A stretch of DNA of 64,000 nucleotides from Tricharina praecox (Eukaryota). Of this stretch, positions 12,052 to 24,339 are shown one piece after another. Under the pieces are notes generated by a model that was not told the origin of the DNA, ran no database searches, and was given only the letters and a program-made list of their open reading frames with translations. Where the stretch lies: positions 1 to 64,000 of the forward strand of contig NW_026250430.1 of the NCBI RefSeq assembly GCF_024521635.1. The letters are read 5' to 3'. The translations under genes and the position numbers were made by a program. Each line of letters starts with the position of its first letter. Position 1 is the stretch's first letter.

Positions 12052-14163
12052 TGGACAGTGGGTTGACAACAGGGCTACTGTGAACTTTGTGTGCGGGCTA
12101 CAGAGTACTAGACGTCTATAGGAATACACTTTGTTTGCGGTGTCATTGAAATGCATTTAGCCAGGATGCTTGGATTTGTGAAGTGGAACAGGATCTCAAT
12201 GTTCATCATCTTCACTTACTGCGCAAACCTCCCGAGTGCAGATCCTCTATATATACAGAGTCTCGAGTCCCTCCCATGGGTTATGGCATAGCATACCGAT
12301 GACGATGCGTGCTGAGACTACACCGTCTGTCAGCATTGCCGTGGACTGCCTGTATTGCTGGGGTAGTCATCGACACATCCCGAACGCCCAAATCCGACAG
12401 GATTGCCGGTCGTGAAAGATAAATCGCTACGAGTGATGTCCAAAGCGAAATGTCAGACGAACGTTTGTTGGACGCGCGGTGAATATCTCTGAAAATCAGT
12501 ATTTACTCATCGGACATGTGATGAGCACCGCCATTACGATGGACATGAAATAGCCTGCTAGATCTCGACGTCCGGTAGCTCTAGGAAACAACTCTAGGCA
12601 CTAGAAATGGCTGCCAATAGCCCCGGAGCACATCACGCCGGGCCCGGTGACCGAAGTGGTGAAACTGCCTGGGCGGTGTCGACATACGTCACGCCTTCTG
12701 GGTATATTTAGAGGGCTAATTGCCCAGTTGGCGAGACGAATATGCAGCCACTTAACTTCCTTCGCAATACTCCTATTTCACATAGGTAGCCCAGCTGTAA
12801 TAAGACCCTTCCCGCGTTTCTGACTGCACCGCAGGAAACCACTAACTGCGAGCTAGATTGTTGTATCAAATGTTCCCCATTGTCGCCACGCGACACTACA
12901 TCAGCCTGTACGAAGGATTCCTCATTCGCGGGGTTCCTTCAAGACCACCAACGGTCACTCGCACGCGAATGCATGATGCATGTCAAGAAAAATGGTATCG
13001 CGAGATAGTGTATTGAGTATCAGACACGGCAGAAAGAAAAGTATATATACAGGAAGGCTCGGGGATACCTCGGATAGAGGCCCCACGCCGCCGCTCGGCA
13101 CCTCCGTGTGAGAACGGATAACGGAAGTGTCTCGACATAGCGAGTGATCGTTCATGACCCGGTCCGCGGAAGTGACGCGGTACACGGAAGTTCGTGAGAT
13201 TATGACAATGCATCTTGGTTGATCGCTCGCTCACTTCGGTCGGCGGCCAGTTGAGGTATGGTTATATTAACCCTTTTCAGAAGAGAACCGAGTGCTCCAG
13301 GCGCAAACGCCAGCGCTAGCTACACAGCCTCTCCAGCCTCCTCCATCGACACCACCTCCGCGGCCGAAACTGAAACGGACGGGACTTTAAACCCCGTATC
13401 AGCCGGCGAAGCAGCAGAGGGCTACCTCCCCCACGTTAGCCCTTGCAGATGTGGAGATCGATCCCGCGCAACCTGCGCCATCGACATCAGCCCGGCCTAC
13501 GAGGGCGGTACTTCCAAGTGGTGAGACGGACGAGGGATGGAAGAAGGTTGAGAGGAAGCGCAAAGGGAAAGGAAAAGAGAAGGAAGGGACAGTGGGGCGA
13601 AAAGATGTGGGGTGCGTTCCGGCCTAGACTAATAGAGCTCGGGGTAAGGGCTTCTACGTGACCGTCTTTTTTGGCAGGAACGGGGATGCTAGGCCGTACC
13701 GGACGCGTGAACCTCAGAAATGGCGGAAGTCGGGGGAGAGAGGTGAGGGGGCAGCAGGAGGAGCGGGCATGTAGGCCCATACCGGTCTTTACTGTCAATC
13801 TACTTTTTGCTTGTGTCGGCCCGAGGCGGCCGGGTAGGGGAAGTGGGGCGCCGCATCGGACTGGTTGGTGCCGGGGCTTTCACTTCGACTGGCCAGAGCG
13901 GGTAGGAAAAGGATTGCGTTGGTTCACCATAGTGTTGTAAGGCTGCATGCGAAATAAATTGATGTTCTCTCTCTCTATATATAAACCCTTCGTACAGTCA
14001 TATACACATGTGCAAGTATATTGAATCCGCCCGATGGCGTATAGTTGAGCAAGACTGCTGAACAATTATACGAGCGCCAACTGCTGCTTGCGATTGCTAC
14101 TGCAAATCATGTTAGCTGTACCTATTGCGTATATACGTCAAATTAAGGGTTTTGACATAAGTG

Positions 14164-14234
14164 GCTTCCATGGTCCAACGGTAGGATAATTGCCTTCCAA
14201 GCAATTGGCTCGGGTTCGACTCCCGATGGATGCA
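14164..14234 (+). tRNA. tRNA-Gly (TCC)
   Basis: 71-nt cloverleaf: GCTTCCA/TGGATGC acceptor (one T:T mismatch), ATTGC-CTTCCAA-GCAAT anticodon arm, GGTTCGACTCC T-arm, downstream T-runs. Confidence 0.93.
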
Positions 14235-15667
14235 CTTGTCTTTTGTTGATCTCATTTTTTTTCGCCTCGCTCCTTCGGCTTCTGTGCTGCAGGAGAACGC
14301 TATGAATACCCCCCTGGACCTGACCCAGCTCCGTTGAGCAATATCTACCCACGTCTGTCTTGGCTATGTAGGTACATATATGAGATATCTTTTAGCTGAA
14401 CAGTGACGCAACAGATCGAGTTCGAGTTCGATCGAGGAAATGGAGTTCGAAATTCGAATTCGGTCGGGGAACACACTGGTCTGCAAGAACTGCTGTCGAC
14501 AGAAGGTGGGAGGCACATCTGTCTGTCCCACTTTTTGGTGCTTTATTAGTCTACCGTACCCCATCGGCAGGTGCGGTAGGGTAGCCTTCCTCATAGAGTC
14601 TCAGGCATGGATTTTCATGATTGCATCTGATGCACTATGTTCTCACCGGCTTCTGAGTCGAGTTGTTCTAAGCAAGCAAGCAACGTAAGCAAGTAAGCAA
14701 GTACTTCCGGTGGGCCTCGGCCAGCGGCCAGCATTCATCCCTAGTGGAACCGGTAACTATGTAGGTGCAGTTGCATGGTACGTAGTGGGCGTGGTGGTGG
14801 TGGTGGATCCCAGCTCCAACTTCCGCGGGAAGAGCCCGCAGGCCGTAGCTCACCGTCATTATATATGCAGTAATTCGGAGTATATATCCGCCCCATATGA
14901 CGGGAAAGCGAGGAATACCCAATATGGGTAGTATGGATAGGATTGCTTTTTTTTGTGAGTGCGGATGAAAACGAGTGATAGGTTCTCTGTCACAATCATT
15001 TATACTCACCTGCCTGCGTACCGGGCCCCCAAGCAAACCGGACTTCCCCGTTTGACTCACTCGGCGGACTCTACCCTGGTACCGTGGCACGCAGAAAACA
15101 ACTGCCGTACTAGCTACGACACGAGCACGTTCAAGACATACTGGACTGAACGGGCTCACGTATTGCGGGCTCGACTGGCCACTACTTCTGCAAGTAAACT
15201 TGACCGGTGGCTCACGCAATGACAACCACCATTCGAGAGAACTACGTAGTGATACTACATCACGCCTACTTCACTCGGTTTGAAAACACACAAAAACATA
15301 TATTGCCCATCTGAACCGTAATTGTATTGCCAGTGAGAGGTATTAAGGCCAGCAGAAAGATTCGGCTGCCGCCAAATGTACAGAAGAACAAACAAAAAAG
15401 AAGAAAAAAAGAAAAAAACCCAGCATTTCCCAACCCAGAATTTCTCGACCCAGAACTTCCCGACTCAACAATGCCGCGTCCACGTCGTAGCGTAGGTTCC
15501 AACAGGTACCGCAAGCTAACACGAGGTGCGGATCGGAAAACTCGAAGAATGCTGAAACAAGCACGTCATGGGGAGTCGTCCGTTCGTCCGGCGGGAATCG
15601 AAGTATCGAGTAACGTTGAACTCGGGGGAAAAGAAAAATCGAGTAACGGTGAACTCGTATAAAAGAA

Positions 15668-17145
15668 TCAAAGGGCCATAATGCCCATAGGACCGCTCAG
15701 CACGAGATGTTGCTCGTAAAAGCAAAGTAGCTTTTGCGGCGCCTTCTCGTGAAGAACAGTCGCTAGGACATGACCCTTCTTGCCGTTCGACCAAATGAGG
15801 TATGCATGCAATGCATAATCCTCATCGGAGCAAGACACAGTCTCAATGCTCGCTATTTCGGTCTCCCAGTTGGCGCCGACGGGGGGCGTCCAGAGTAGGG
15901 CTTCTTCAGGCTGCTGCTCGGTGGGGCGTCCACCAAGGGCACCGAAGTAGCCCTCCAACAGCTTGCCGAAGTTTTCCCTGACACGGTTAGCTGTTGAAAG
16001 GTGGTAGGCGGAGGGTTGGGCTTACTCGGCTGTGGCCTCCTGCTCCCAGGTCCACTGATCCTTCTCGGGTTGATCCAACCACTCGACATGCACCCAGAGC
16101 CCGCCGCCGATGAAATCGTGGCCACGGATGACCCTGATCAACGAATAGTCGCGACTCCTCGACGACTTTCGGGCCACAGGGTACGTCTTGTTGACGAGCT
16201 CGACTTCCGCAGCAGCCTGAAGCTCGGGCTCCTTGAAGGAAGCACGCTGTACGTCGCGAACTTCCTCCGGCTGCATGAGCGTGGCGATCTGGGATCTCAG
16301 GCCCAGCGCTACGATCTTATGTCGACCTCCAATCGACTGCAAGAACGCATCGTAGACCTCCCCGAAATCGGCCCTATTGCCGTTAGTCGCTGGTACCTAT
16401 TACTGGTGATGGGAAGAGATGAACTTACACGATCCTTGCTTCCGTCTCCCACGTCATGTCGACGTGGTCCCTCCACTCGACCAGCAAGAACAACCCCTTG
16501 CCTTCGCCGTCCGGAATCAACCACGGAAACCGGATGGAAACCGCGGTTTTTCCGACGGTCAAGAAGCGATCCGCATCGCGCGGATGGCCCCAGTTGACCG
16601 CGACGTCGGCAAGGTTGGCGTAATCGCCGTTGTTCGCCAGGTAGGCGGCGAGAAGGTGGGCGCTCGTTGCGCTGCGGGTCGTGAGCGATTCGGAAAGCAA
16701 AACAAAAGGAAAAACAAAAGGAAAAACAAAAGGATAAAACAAAAAAAAAACGATGAGAGGGGGATGATGGTGAGGAGGTGGAAGAAGATGAGGAGGAAGA
16801 AGAAGATAAGGAGGGAAGAAAAGGGTAGGAATATATAGGGAGGTGCACTTACGCTAGCGTCTCTTCAGTTTCCCAAGTCCACGACGACCTCGCCGGGTAA
16901 CCGTGCCATTCCACAAGTAGCCAGAGAATGTGGCGCTGCTCTCCCTCGACGAAAAGATGACTATGGATTGCAACAGCATCTCCACGAGGACGCTGAAAAT
17001 GGTCGGGACGAGATGCGTTGCGTAGAGAGCGACCGACTGGTGCGCGCGCAACTGGAGGTTTTTCTGGAACCGGAGACTTTTCTGCCTGCGGATATTTCGC
17101 ACGGCGCACGGGAGGAGGACGTGGTACTTTTCCTTTCGGAGGCAT
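15668..17145 (-). CDS. HP1/Swi6-like protein with three chromodomains and a C-terminal chromo shadow domain (4 exons, 397 aa)
   Basis: Exons 17145-16853, 16671-16429, 16373-16026 and 15977-15668 sum to 1194 nt in frame. Three VEW...TWExE chromodomain motifs. The C-terminal WTPP..NWE..I..IET..AYLIWSNGKK..KAPQKLLCFYEQHL matches the fungal chromo shadow pattern. Confidence 0.88.
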
Positions 17146-18230
17146 CGTAGAGACTCTGATGCTTCTGTTTCTCGGTGCTGCGTGGCTGAGTCTTTTTTCG
17201 CTGGTGGGGTCGTTTTTGTTGCTGTTGCTGTTGCTGTGGCGTGTGAGGTGTGCGGAGATGGTCACGTGGGTGGCGCAACTCACAACTTTATGGTGGATTT
17301 AAGGTTTGCGGTAGTGGGCTTGGCACACTAGTTTTTCACATTTGTGGCTTCCGCAAGATTCCGCCGGCGTGATGCGACACAACCACAACGGACTAGATGT
17401 ATTGCGAAGCGCGGTTCTGTCCTAGAATTTTAATATTATTACATACTGTTCAAATATCCGATTTTCTATGTATAATTCCTTGTCATGAGTAGTATTTTTA
17501 CATGCAGTTGTCGGCCAAACCGCTACCACAGGACAGCGGGTGGTCGGCGACAACGAAGCTGTTTGATGAATTATTATCACTCGAAGTACATCGCGAAGCT
17601 GTTTCATGACTTATTATCACTCGCAGTATATCGCTATCCAGGCGTAGTGGCTTATATACATATTCAGCATCATGTTTACGAAACGACACTTGAAGCGGCC
17701 GACGAGCTGCCCGGTCGCCGATGTTTGTGGTGAAAATTTCTAACAATGGGTGCAGTTGCGAGTGCGGCTTATCGGACAGATGTTGACAGGCTCGTGCAGA
17801 CGCCAAAGGCAGGCGGAAGACGAAGTGCCAGCGACCGACGCCTGCAACAACGTAGCTGCTTATGACAGAGCGGCGGTAGCATAACAGTAGAATCAGAAGA
17901 CGTGCCGGTTGTATGAATCCTTCCAAGGATGACTCCTGAGTCGACGGCCCAAACTCTCCCCCATGCTTTTGCGAGGGCTCTTTCGCCATTACCTCTCCAG
18001 GCCGGAAAGCGGCGGGTTGAGAGAAGAAGAACACATAAGGAGATAGTAGTTGATAGTCTATTCTGAGATGATAATCTGGAGAGAAGAAGAAGAAGGAAAC
18101 CTAGCTCGACCCTGCTCAAGTCCAACAGCCTCGACAGGCGTTCCCAGCAAACGCCTCGTACCCACAATCGGACCACTCCTTGATCTCCCCCGGTACCAAC
18201 GCGTCATCCGATATCAAAGCAGGAACGGAT

Positions 18231-18824
18231 GCGATGAAATACCACTCATCGATGGGAAACAGGTCACCTACCGTGCACCCGACTGCTACCACGAAGGGCG
18301 AGGGGACAGCTCCCGTGCAGCCGACTGCTACCATGGAATCATTCCACGACTCCCAATCGGATGCTTCTCGTCTCGGCCCAACCCAGGCGAATGTCAACAT
18401 CACACCGGAAATCGGCAATACCAGACTGAGTATGGGCTGCATCGCATCGAGCATTAAAAGTATCGAATCAAAGATGGAGCACCAGCCTGGTTACGCCTCT
18501 CTGCCAACACCACAGATACCTGCCAATGCCATGCGAGTCCAGCAACCATCATTTGGGCACGGACATCCATTGCAGACACCTCCGGCGCCTCGTCTTCATC
18601 CTCATCAACCTGTGCAGCCTCTCTTCTCTCAGATGCAGCTGGGACAGTTCTCAGAGCCGCAGGTGCGCGCCGGTAGCATTGATACGCCGTCGTCTTGTAC
18701 CGGTTCTCCGGAGGACCCCGACGACCTTCCGGAGGGGTTCGGATTAGTAATCTCCGCCCGCTTGCCGACATTTTTAACCACGTGTATAGCTAACACGGAA
18801 TCAGGATGCGGAATTCTCGCTTGA
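18231..18824 (+). CDS. Possible hypothetical low-complexity protein or gene relic
   Basis: Open frame of ~200 codons rich in Ser/Pro/Gln with no recognisable domain. Upstream frames are interrupted by stops. Confidence 0.3.
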   Translation, partial: AMKYHSSMGNRSPTVHPTATTKGEGTAPVQPTATMESFHDSQSDASRLGPTQANVNITPEIGNTRLSMGCIASSIKSIESKMEHQPGYASLPTPQIPANAMRVQQPSFGHGHPLQTPPAPRLHPHQPVQPLFSQMQLGQFSEPQVRAGSIDTPSSCTGSPEDPDDLPEGFGLVISARLPTFLTTCIANTESGCGILA

Positions 18825-20720
18825 CCGTACGATTGCCGCCGAGATCGAAAAGATAGCATCCTGCATCGCGGAGTGCCAGCGAACGCTTCAGAAAACAGCC
18901 AACATGCGGTACGGACTTCGGGCGGCGGTCACCAACCACCTGCGCGGCCTGCAGACCGTCGGCCACCATGTACCATCAACAGCGTTGGGCTGACGAATCT
19001 TCAATGGTTCAATTGATCAATCTTCACGGCCACTGCAGGTGTTGTGAGTGGTGACGTCGGGGCGTTGGTGGCTAGCCGCATTAAGCCGCGTGGCGGTTCC
19101 TCTTACATGTATCACGTGTCAGCAGAATCGTTAAGGATGAACTAACGCTCTTTCGGGTGATTAGAGCGCCGATCTATGTAAATGTTCCAGTCACCAGTGT
19201 TCCACAGATGTTGAATAGAAATACATAGAGTAAGGTGAGGCCACTTCGGTGCAAGATGGACGGGCCGGATGACGTAGGGTTAAGTGATCGAAAAGTTCTT
19301 CACGAATCCAAAGAACTTCATGCATGGAGCGGGAATTGCTACAAACTCAAGGAAAGCAGTGCCAATTAAGTGTAAACATCATCGCTGCTGTTCTCGATAT
19401 TTCCCGATGACACGCAAAAATACATGTACCGTACTCTCACCCTCGCAACATACCCGTGCCCGCCGAAGCGGTAAGTCGGCCTCCGTTTTTTCTACGCGAG
19501 CCGTGCGCTACGCCTTCCAAGCCTTTCCTTGCGTCGGTCGGCAACTCCTGAAAAGGTTAGAGGCAGTATTTTCTCTCGAGCTAGCTCTAGCCTCGGCGAC
19601 AAAAAGACAGTCACCCCGCAGTTCTTCTCTCTCCCACACACCGCCCTCCACCTGTCTGTCTCCCGTCGCCACGAACTTTCTCAACACCGCTGCTACCTAT
19701 ATTCGCGGATCTAAAGAGCATGTCCGAACATCTCCATCTTATACCGACCGATCAAATGCCTCCCCACTCATCGCTTCCGCCCCTTCGCAGACAGCCATCT
19801 TCCATGAAACGACGCACCCCCCATGCCCCTCCCCTAACCCCCCGCCTCCAGCGACAATGCCTCACGTGAGTTTCCTCCGCGCAACCACCTTCCTTCCTTC
19901 CCAACTATTTTCATCCCCGGGCTTCCATATGATGCCTTTTTAATTAGACACGCATGTCAATCGACAGTGACGAGAAAAATAATTCCTGAAAAGCCAGCCC
20001 CATTTACCTTTCGTTTTATAGCTCTGCACACTTACTTGAGGAGAGAAAGCTGACGGAGAAAAGTTCTGGACAGATGGCATAGAACAAGATAGGTCGAGAC
20101 TCGTACCGAACACCACACCGTCCACCGTACCGTGCTACATGAGCGAAATCGAAGTGATGATTACGTGCCCTTGAGATAACCTTCGTCGACGAGAGAGGCA
20201 GTGCGGGGTTGCCGCCTGCTCATTGAACAATGCCACGTCTCACACGCTTGAGAGGCTGCGTCCCGGTATGCATCTCGGAAACAACTCCCGCCGTTGCATA
20301 CCGAAGCTACGGAGATGAATCCCGCGACTGATCACGATGATCGAGGATGTGAACAGAAAGGCAAATCGGATCTGATTGGAGTTGATCGTACTACAACTAT
20401 TCTACACAAACGCGATTCATTCCCTCCATGAATACTGGCGGTTAGCTTTAGATACCGCCGTGGTTAGGACTTTGACTGCTATTTTGTTTCCTCACGATGT
20501 GTCAACTTGTCAAGAACTACTGTTTGCGGGTTCGATCAGTCAAGCTGAATATCGCGTGATTAAATCTAGTCTAGATCTACCTGTATACATACAAATGAGC
20601 AGCGAAAGGAAACAGAATGATTGTGTCTAAAACATGCCGGGAATGAAGAAAAGTGAACCTAACCGTGTAAATATCTTGTGATCCCCGATCGTTTTCACCT
20701 CATCAACAGCCCTGCATTAA

Positions 20721-21407
20721 CTACAACTTGCTATCTCTCTTGACAAACAAACTTTCCGCCTCCGCCAAAAGATTTCCGTTCCCATCCCTCATCTCACCGA
20801 ACAAGAACCGTTTCCGTCGCTCACTCTTCACCACCCTCGCCGTACAACACACGACCCCAGGACTATTCACGGGCGCCTTATACGTAACCTTCAACCACGC
20901 AGTAAGACACGGCACCACCGCGGCCTCGGTGAACGCATCGTCGAACAGGGTGGCGACCGTTCCTCCGTGCAGTATCCCATGGTGTCCGTTCCCGCCATGT
21001 CCCAGGGCGACCAGCGTGATTGCCTCGAGGCTCTCCGTGTTCGGGATCGGCCGGCGAAGAGAGAGGTACCCGCGAACGGCGTCGCAGGCGCGGAGTGAGG
21101 AGGACCACAGAGTGTCTTCGTGAAGGATCGTGGGGAGTGGGCGGCCGCAAGTGAAGATTGTTGTGCCGGGGGTGTTGATTATGGCGGCGCACCAGGGGAT
21201 CGAGGTGAAGATGGGGAGCTCGTCGGGGATTGTGATGCCGGATGATGAGCCGCTGGTGCGAGGCGGGGGCACGGATGATGCTTGATGTTGGGACTGCAGC
21301 ATTCTGCCGGCAGTGGAAGTGGTGTTGGATGCGGTGACAGTTTCGATGCCAAAGATGTTGGTATTTATGATCCCATTCATTCCCACCACTTCCGTTGACG
21401 TGAGCAT
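20721..21407 (-). CDS. PaaI-like / hotdog-fold acyl-CoA thioesterase
   Basis: NGHHGILHGGTVATLFDD catalytic motif, TAWLKVTYKAPV strand, and C-terminal LLAEAESLFV. Start is uncertain (21407 or 21302). Confidence 0.9.
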   Translation of the reverse strand: MLTSTEVVGMNGIINTNIFGIETVTASNTTSTAGRMLQSQHQASSVPPPRTSGSSSGITIPDELPIFTSIPWCAAIINTPGTTIFTCGRPLPTILHEDTLWSSSLRACDAVRGYLSLRRPIPNTESLEAITLVALGHGGNGHHGILHGGTVATLFDDAFTEAAVVPCLTAWLKVTYKAPVNSPGVVCCTARVVKSERRKRFLFGEMRDGNGNLLAEAESLFVKRDSKL

Positions 21408-23457
21408 GTTTATCCGCTGAATACCTAGATTGAAAGTGGACAGCAACCCGATCGACACCCTACCACTGTTGCAGTGCGCGGTGCGCGGACCTCGGTGATT
21501 CGGTGGGGTGTAAATAGCCGAGTTCGCGGGTACGCGGGTACGCACAGCAAGGGTTCTGCGACGATCTTCACGCCGATGGACATGCATGTGACATGGTTCG
21601 GCCCGCAAAATGGGTTCCCTGGGTCCGGTTGTGGTAGACAGCCATCAAACCGAAAGGAAAATCAACGTGCGGGTCCCGCGGAAAGTGGGATGACCACCGG
21701 AGAGTCTCGGGGAGGAAATGTCGCTCGATGGAGTGGGCGGATGTGGAGGCATATTAAGCCTCGCCGCCGTTAAGCATGTGAAAAGAACATTCCCTGAGCA
21801 ACATTAATTACGTCCTTGCTCGTGGGATCGTGTAGAGACTGGTACGGGGAAACTAGGTATGGCTCACCTGGAATAGATCTCCCGGTCTGCAGGAAGAGGG
21901 TTCCCTGATAATCCGATACCGTGGATACAATTCATGACAGACACAGTAATTTCCCGGCGTAACCCTGGCACCCTGCAGACGTACGACATTACCCCGAAAT
22001 TCAGGACCGAAATATCTTCCTCGGCTGCTGAGTCAACTCGACATGCCTTCTACCAGGGTTGTTTTCGTGAATCGAATGACTCGGTCATTCAAACAACCTG
22101 TAAGTAACCTCGTTCCCCGTCGGTAGGTCCATCAGACATGTGCAGAGGACGTGATGCATGGCATCTACGTCGATGTGGTAGAACGACCATGTACTTGGAA
22201 AGTAGTACCTGGGGACTCACTCCTTGACGTGAGTCGTAGTTGAAATCCCTTCCGGTCGCCGGAGCTTCCAACGGCTTCAAACTCGCTGACTTCCCCGACT
22301 ACCAGTGAAGACCCGGAAAGGTGGGTACGATACTCGATTCGAGACGCAGGATTCCCCCGTCATGAAGATAAGGTGATGCTAGATGTCGAGTAACGCCGGA
22401 ACCATAGCTGAAGTTGTTGTGCCCGTCTCGATGGCTGTGGGCCGATTGCCGCGTTTGTCGGAAGTAAGGATGGTTCAGGTACGCCGATAGGAAAAACTGG
22501 GAATGGCCGAGCACTAATCATAAGTAAGTCGGGCGGACGTCGACGGAGTGACTGGAATATTCGAGTAATCCGGTCAGTCAAGCCGTCCCTGATGTCACTG
22601 CGAAGTAGGCTTACCTCTGGCAACCCTCAGAGATCGCGGGCGAGCCCAGCGGACCGATACTCAACGAAATCGTGGCCATATGATAACCGTATGTGATACC
22701 TGGCGGAATATAGCTTGCCCTTCCTCCGACATCAATGCAGTAGCCACCGACACGGGATCGTCGTATTTTCAGCTGTCCAGCACCGCCCTCAAAACCTAAG
22801 AAGTGTGACGAGATGTATCCGGGAGTCGATGACGGGCGGAAGCTCTGAACGTCTCGGAGGAAGGATCGACTGTTGAAGGACTCTCGTTTCGTGTGGCGGT
22901 ATGGCGGCGGTGGGTGAGGAAATGTGCGTGAGTAGAGATAGATAGGATGTGACGAGACAGTAGAGCTGTTGATCTGAGGAACATGGTCGTTCCATCATAG
23001 GGGTTCGATTGGCCGTGCCGATTCGCTTCGCTACTCAATAAGCGAGGTGACAACAATGGTCGTCATTGTTGCCACTCGCTCACTCGACGTTGTTGGAACG
23101 AACTAGCACCTCCGCTTCGTAGTAGGAGAATACTCTCCCAGCATTGACCCACACCACCGCAGCCAATACACCACCCTCCACACACGTCCCCCGCATCCCA
23201 TTTTGTGCCGCCCCACATCAATCATCATTTCTTTTTCATCGTTCAAGATACAATCCGTTCCCATTTCGCGCCACCCCCACATCGATCACCACTTCTTTCT
23301 CATCATTCAATACACAATCCGTTAACGTCATCGAATCGTTTCGATATCGAGGCTGCAACCCTTTCACGAATTTCCATACTACGCCGTCTCTTCGCCCGCT
23401 AGAACGCACCACACATCGCTCGAACCCGCTCCGGAACGAATACACCACGACCGGACA

Positions 23458-24339
23458 ATGGCCGACGCCGCGAGACTCCGCTTCTGTCTGAAGGAGACCG
23501 CCCTGATCGCCACGCTTTACGTCAGTCTATCGCTTATGGCATTCTTCATCAACCGCCTCAAATTCGTATCCAACCCCTCCAAGTCGTCCGCGACCATCGG
23601 CCGCGTTTTGATCGTCCTCGCTGCAGTAGCGTTTGGGGCCGTCGCCGTCCTCCTCCAGCTCCGCATCGTCTTCGTTGCGAGAAATCGCGCAAAGCAGCTG
23701 TGGATCGAGGAACAGCACGCCGCCGCTCGCATACGTGTCGCCCTCAGGGAAGCGGAAGGCTTCCGCACGCCAGAACCGGGAATCGATGGAGGAGCGGATG
23801 GGTCGGATGATGAGGCGGAAGGTGCAACTCAGGGACGCAATGAGGAGCGGCATGCAAGGGAGAGAGAGGAGGATTCGGGGACCCAGTTCGGTGAGGGGGC
23901 AGGCGATATAGAGCTACAGGATTGGGTGCGAATTGACCGGAGCGATTCTCAAGATCGCGATGGCACAAATAGCCTAGGGCGGGCGTCGTCGTCGGAGGAT
24001 ATGCCAAGCGAGGAGGAGCAGCGGGAGGCGGCCCGGATAGCAGTCTTGGAGGAACGAATCGGACGCATCTTGTTCGGAAACGATCATCACGCGGGGAGAT
24101 GGCATGGGTCCGCACGGAGAGTCGAGCAGCATCCGCATCGTTCCCCAGTGCGAGGAGAGTCCAGTAACACGGGAGCTGCACACGAAGGCCGACGTCGTTT
24201 TTTCGCTGGAAAGACCGACCATATCGCGATGGCTCCACCTGATATCGATTCCGTCCGTGATGTCGGCACCGGAGGTGGATGGTGTCGCCGAGGGGCAGAA
24301 CGGGAGATGGCCACGAGGCTTGCCCATTATCTCGGGTGA
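23458..24339 (+). CDS. Hypothetical protein with two N-terminal transmembrane segments and a disordered acidic tail
   Basis: 293-codon ORF with hydrophobic stretches ALIATLYVSLSLMAFFI and VLIVLAAVAFGAVAVLLQL. Confidence 0.7.
   Translation: MADAARLRFCLKETALIATLYVSLSLMAFFINRLKFVSNPSKSSATIGRVLIVLAAVAFGAVAVLLQLRIVFVARNRAKQLWIEEQHAAARIRVALREAEGFRTPEPGIDGGADGSDDEAEGATQGRNEERHAREREEDSGTQFGEGAGDIELQDWVRIDRSDSQDRDGTNSLGRASSSEDMPSEEEQREAARIAVLEERIGRILFGNDHHAGRWHGSARRVEQHPHRSPVRGESSNTGAAHEGRRRFFAGKTDHIAMAPPDIDSVRDVGTGGGWCRRGAEREMATRLAHYLG

Noticed and set aside
14164..14234. tRNA-Gly as a pseudogene because of the T3:T70 mismatch
   Set aside because: All other stems, promoter boxes and the terminator are intact, so a single mismatch is insufficient evidence.
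15471..15662. Short basic ORF (MPRPRRSVG...) convergent with the HP1-like gene
   Set aside because: Only 63 codons with no domain, lying in the probable 3' UTR region of the neighbour. It cannot be supported without expression data.
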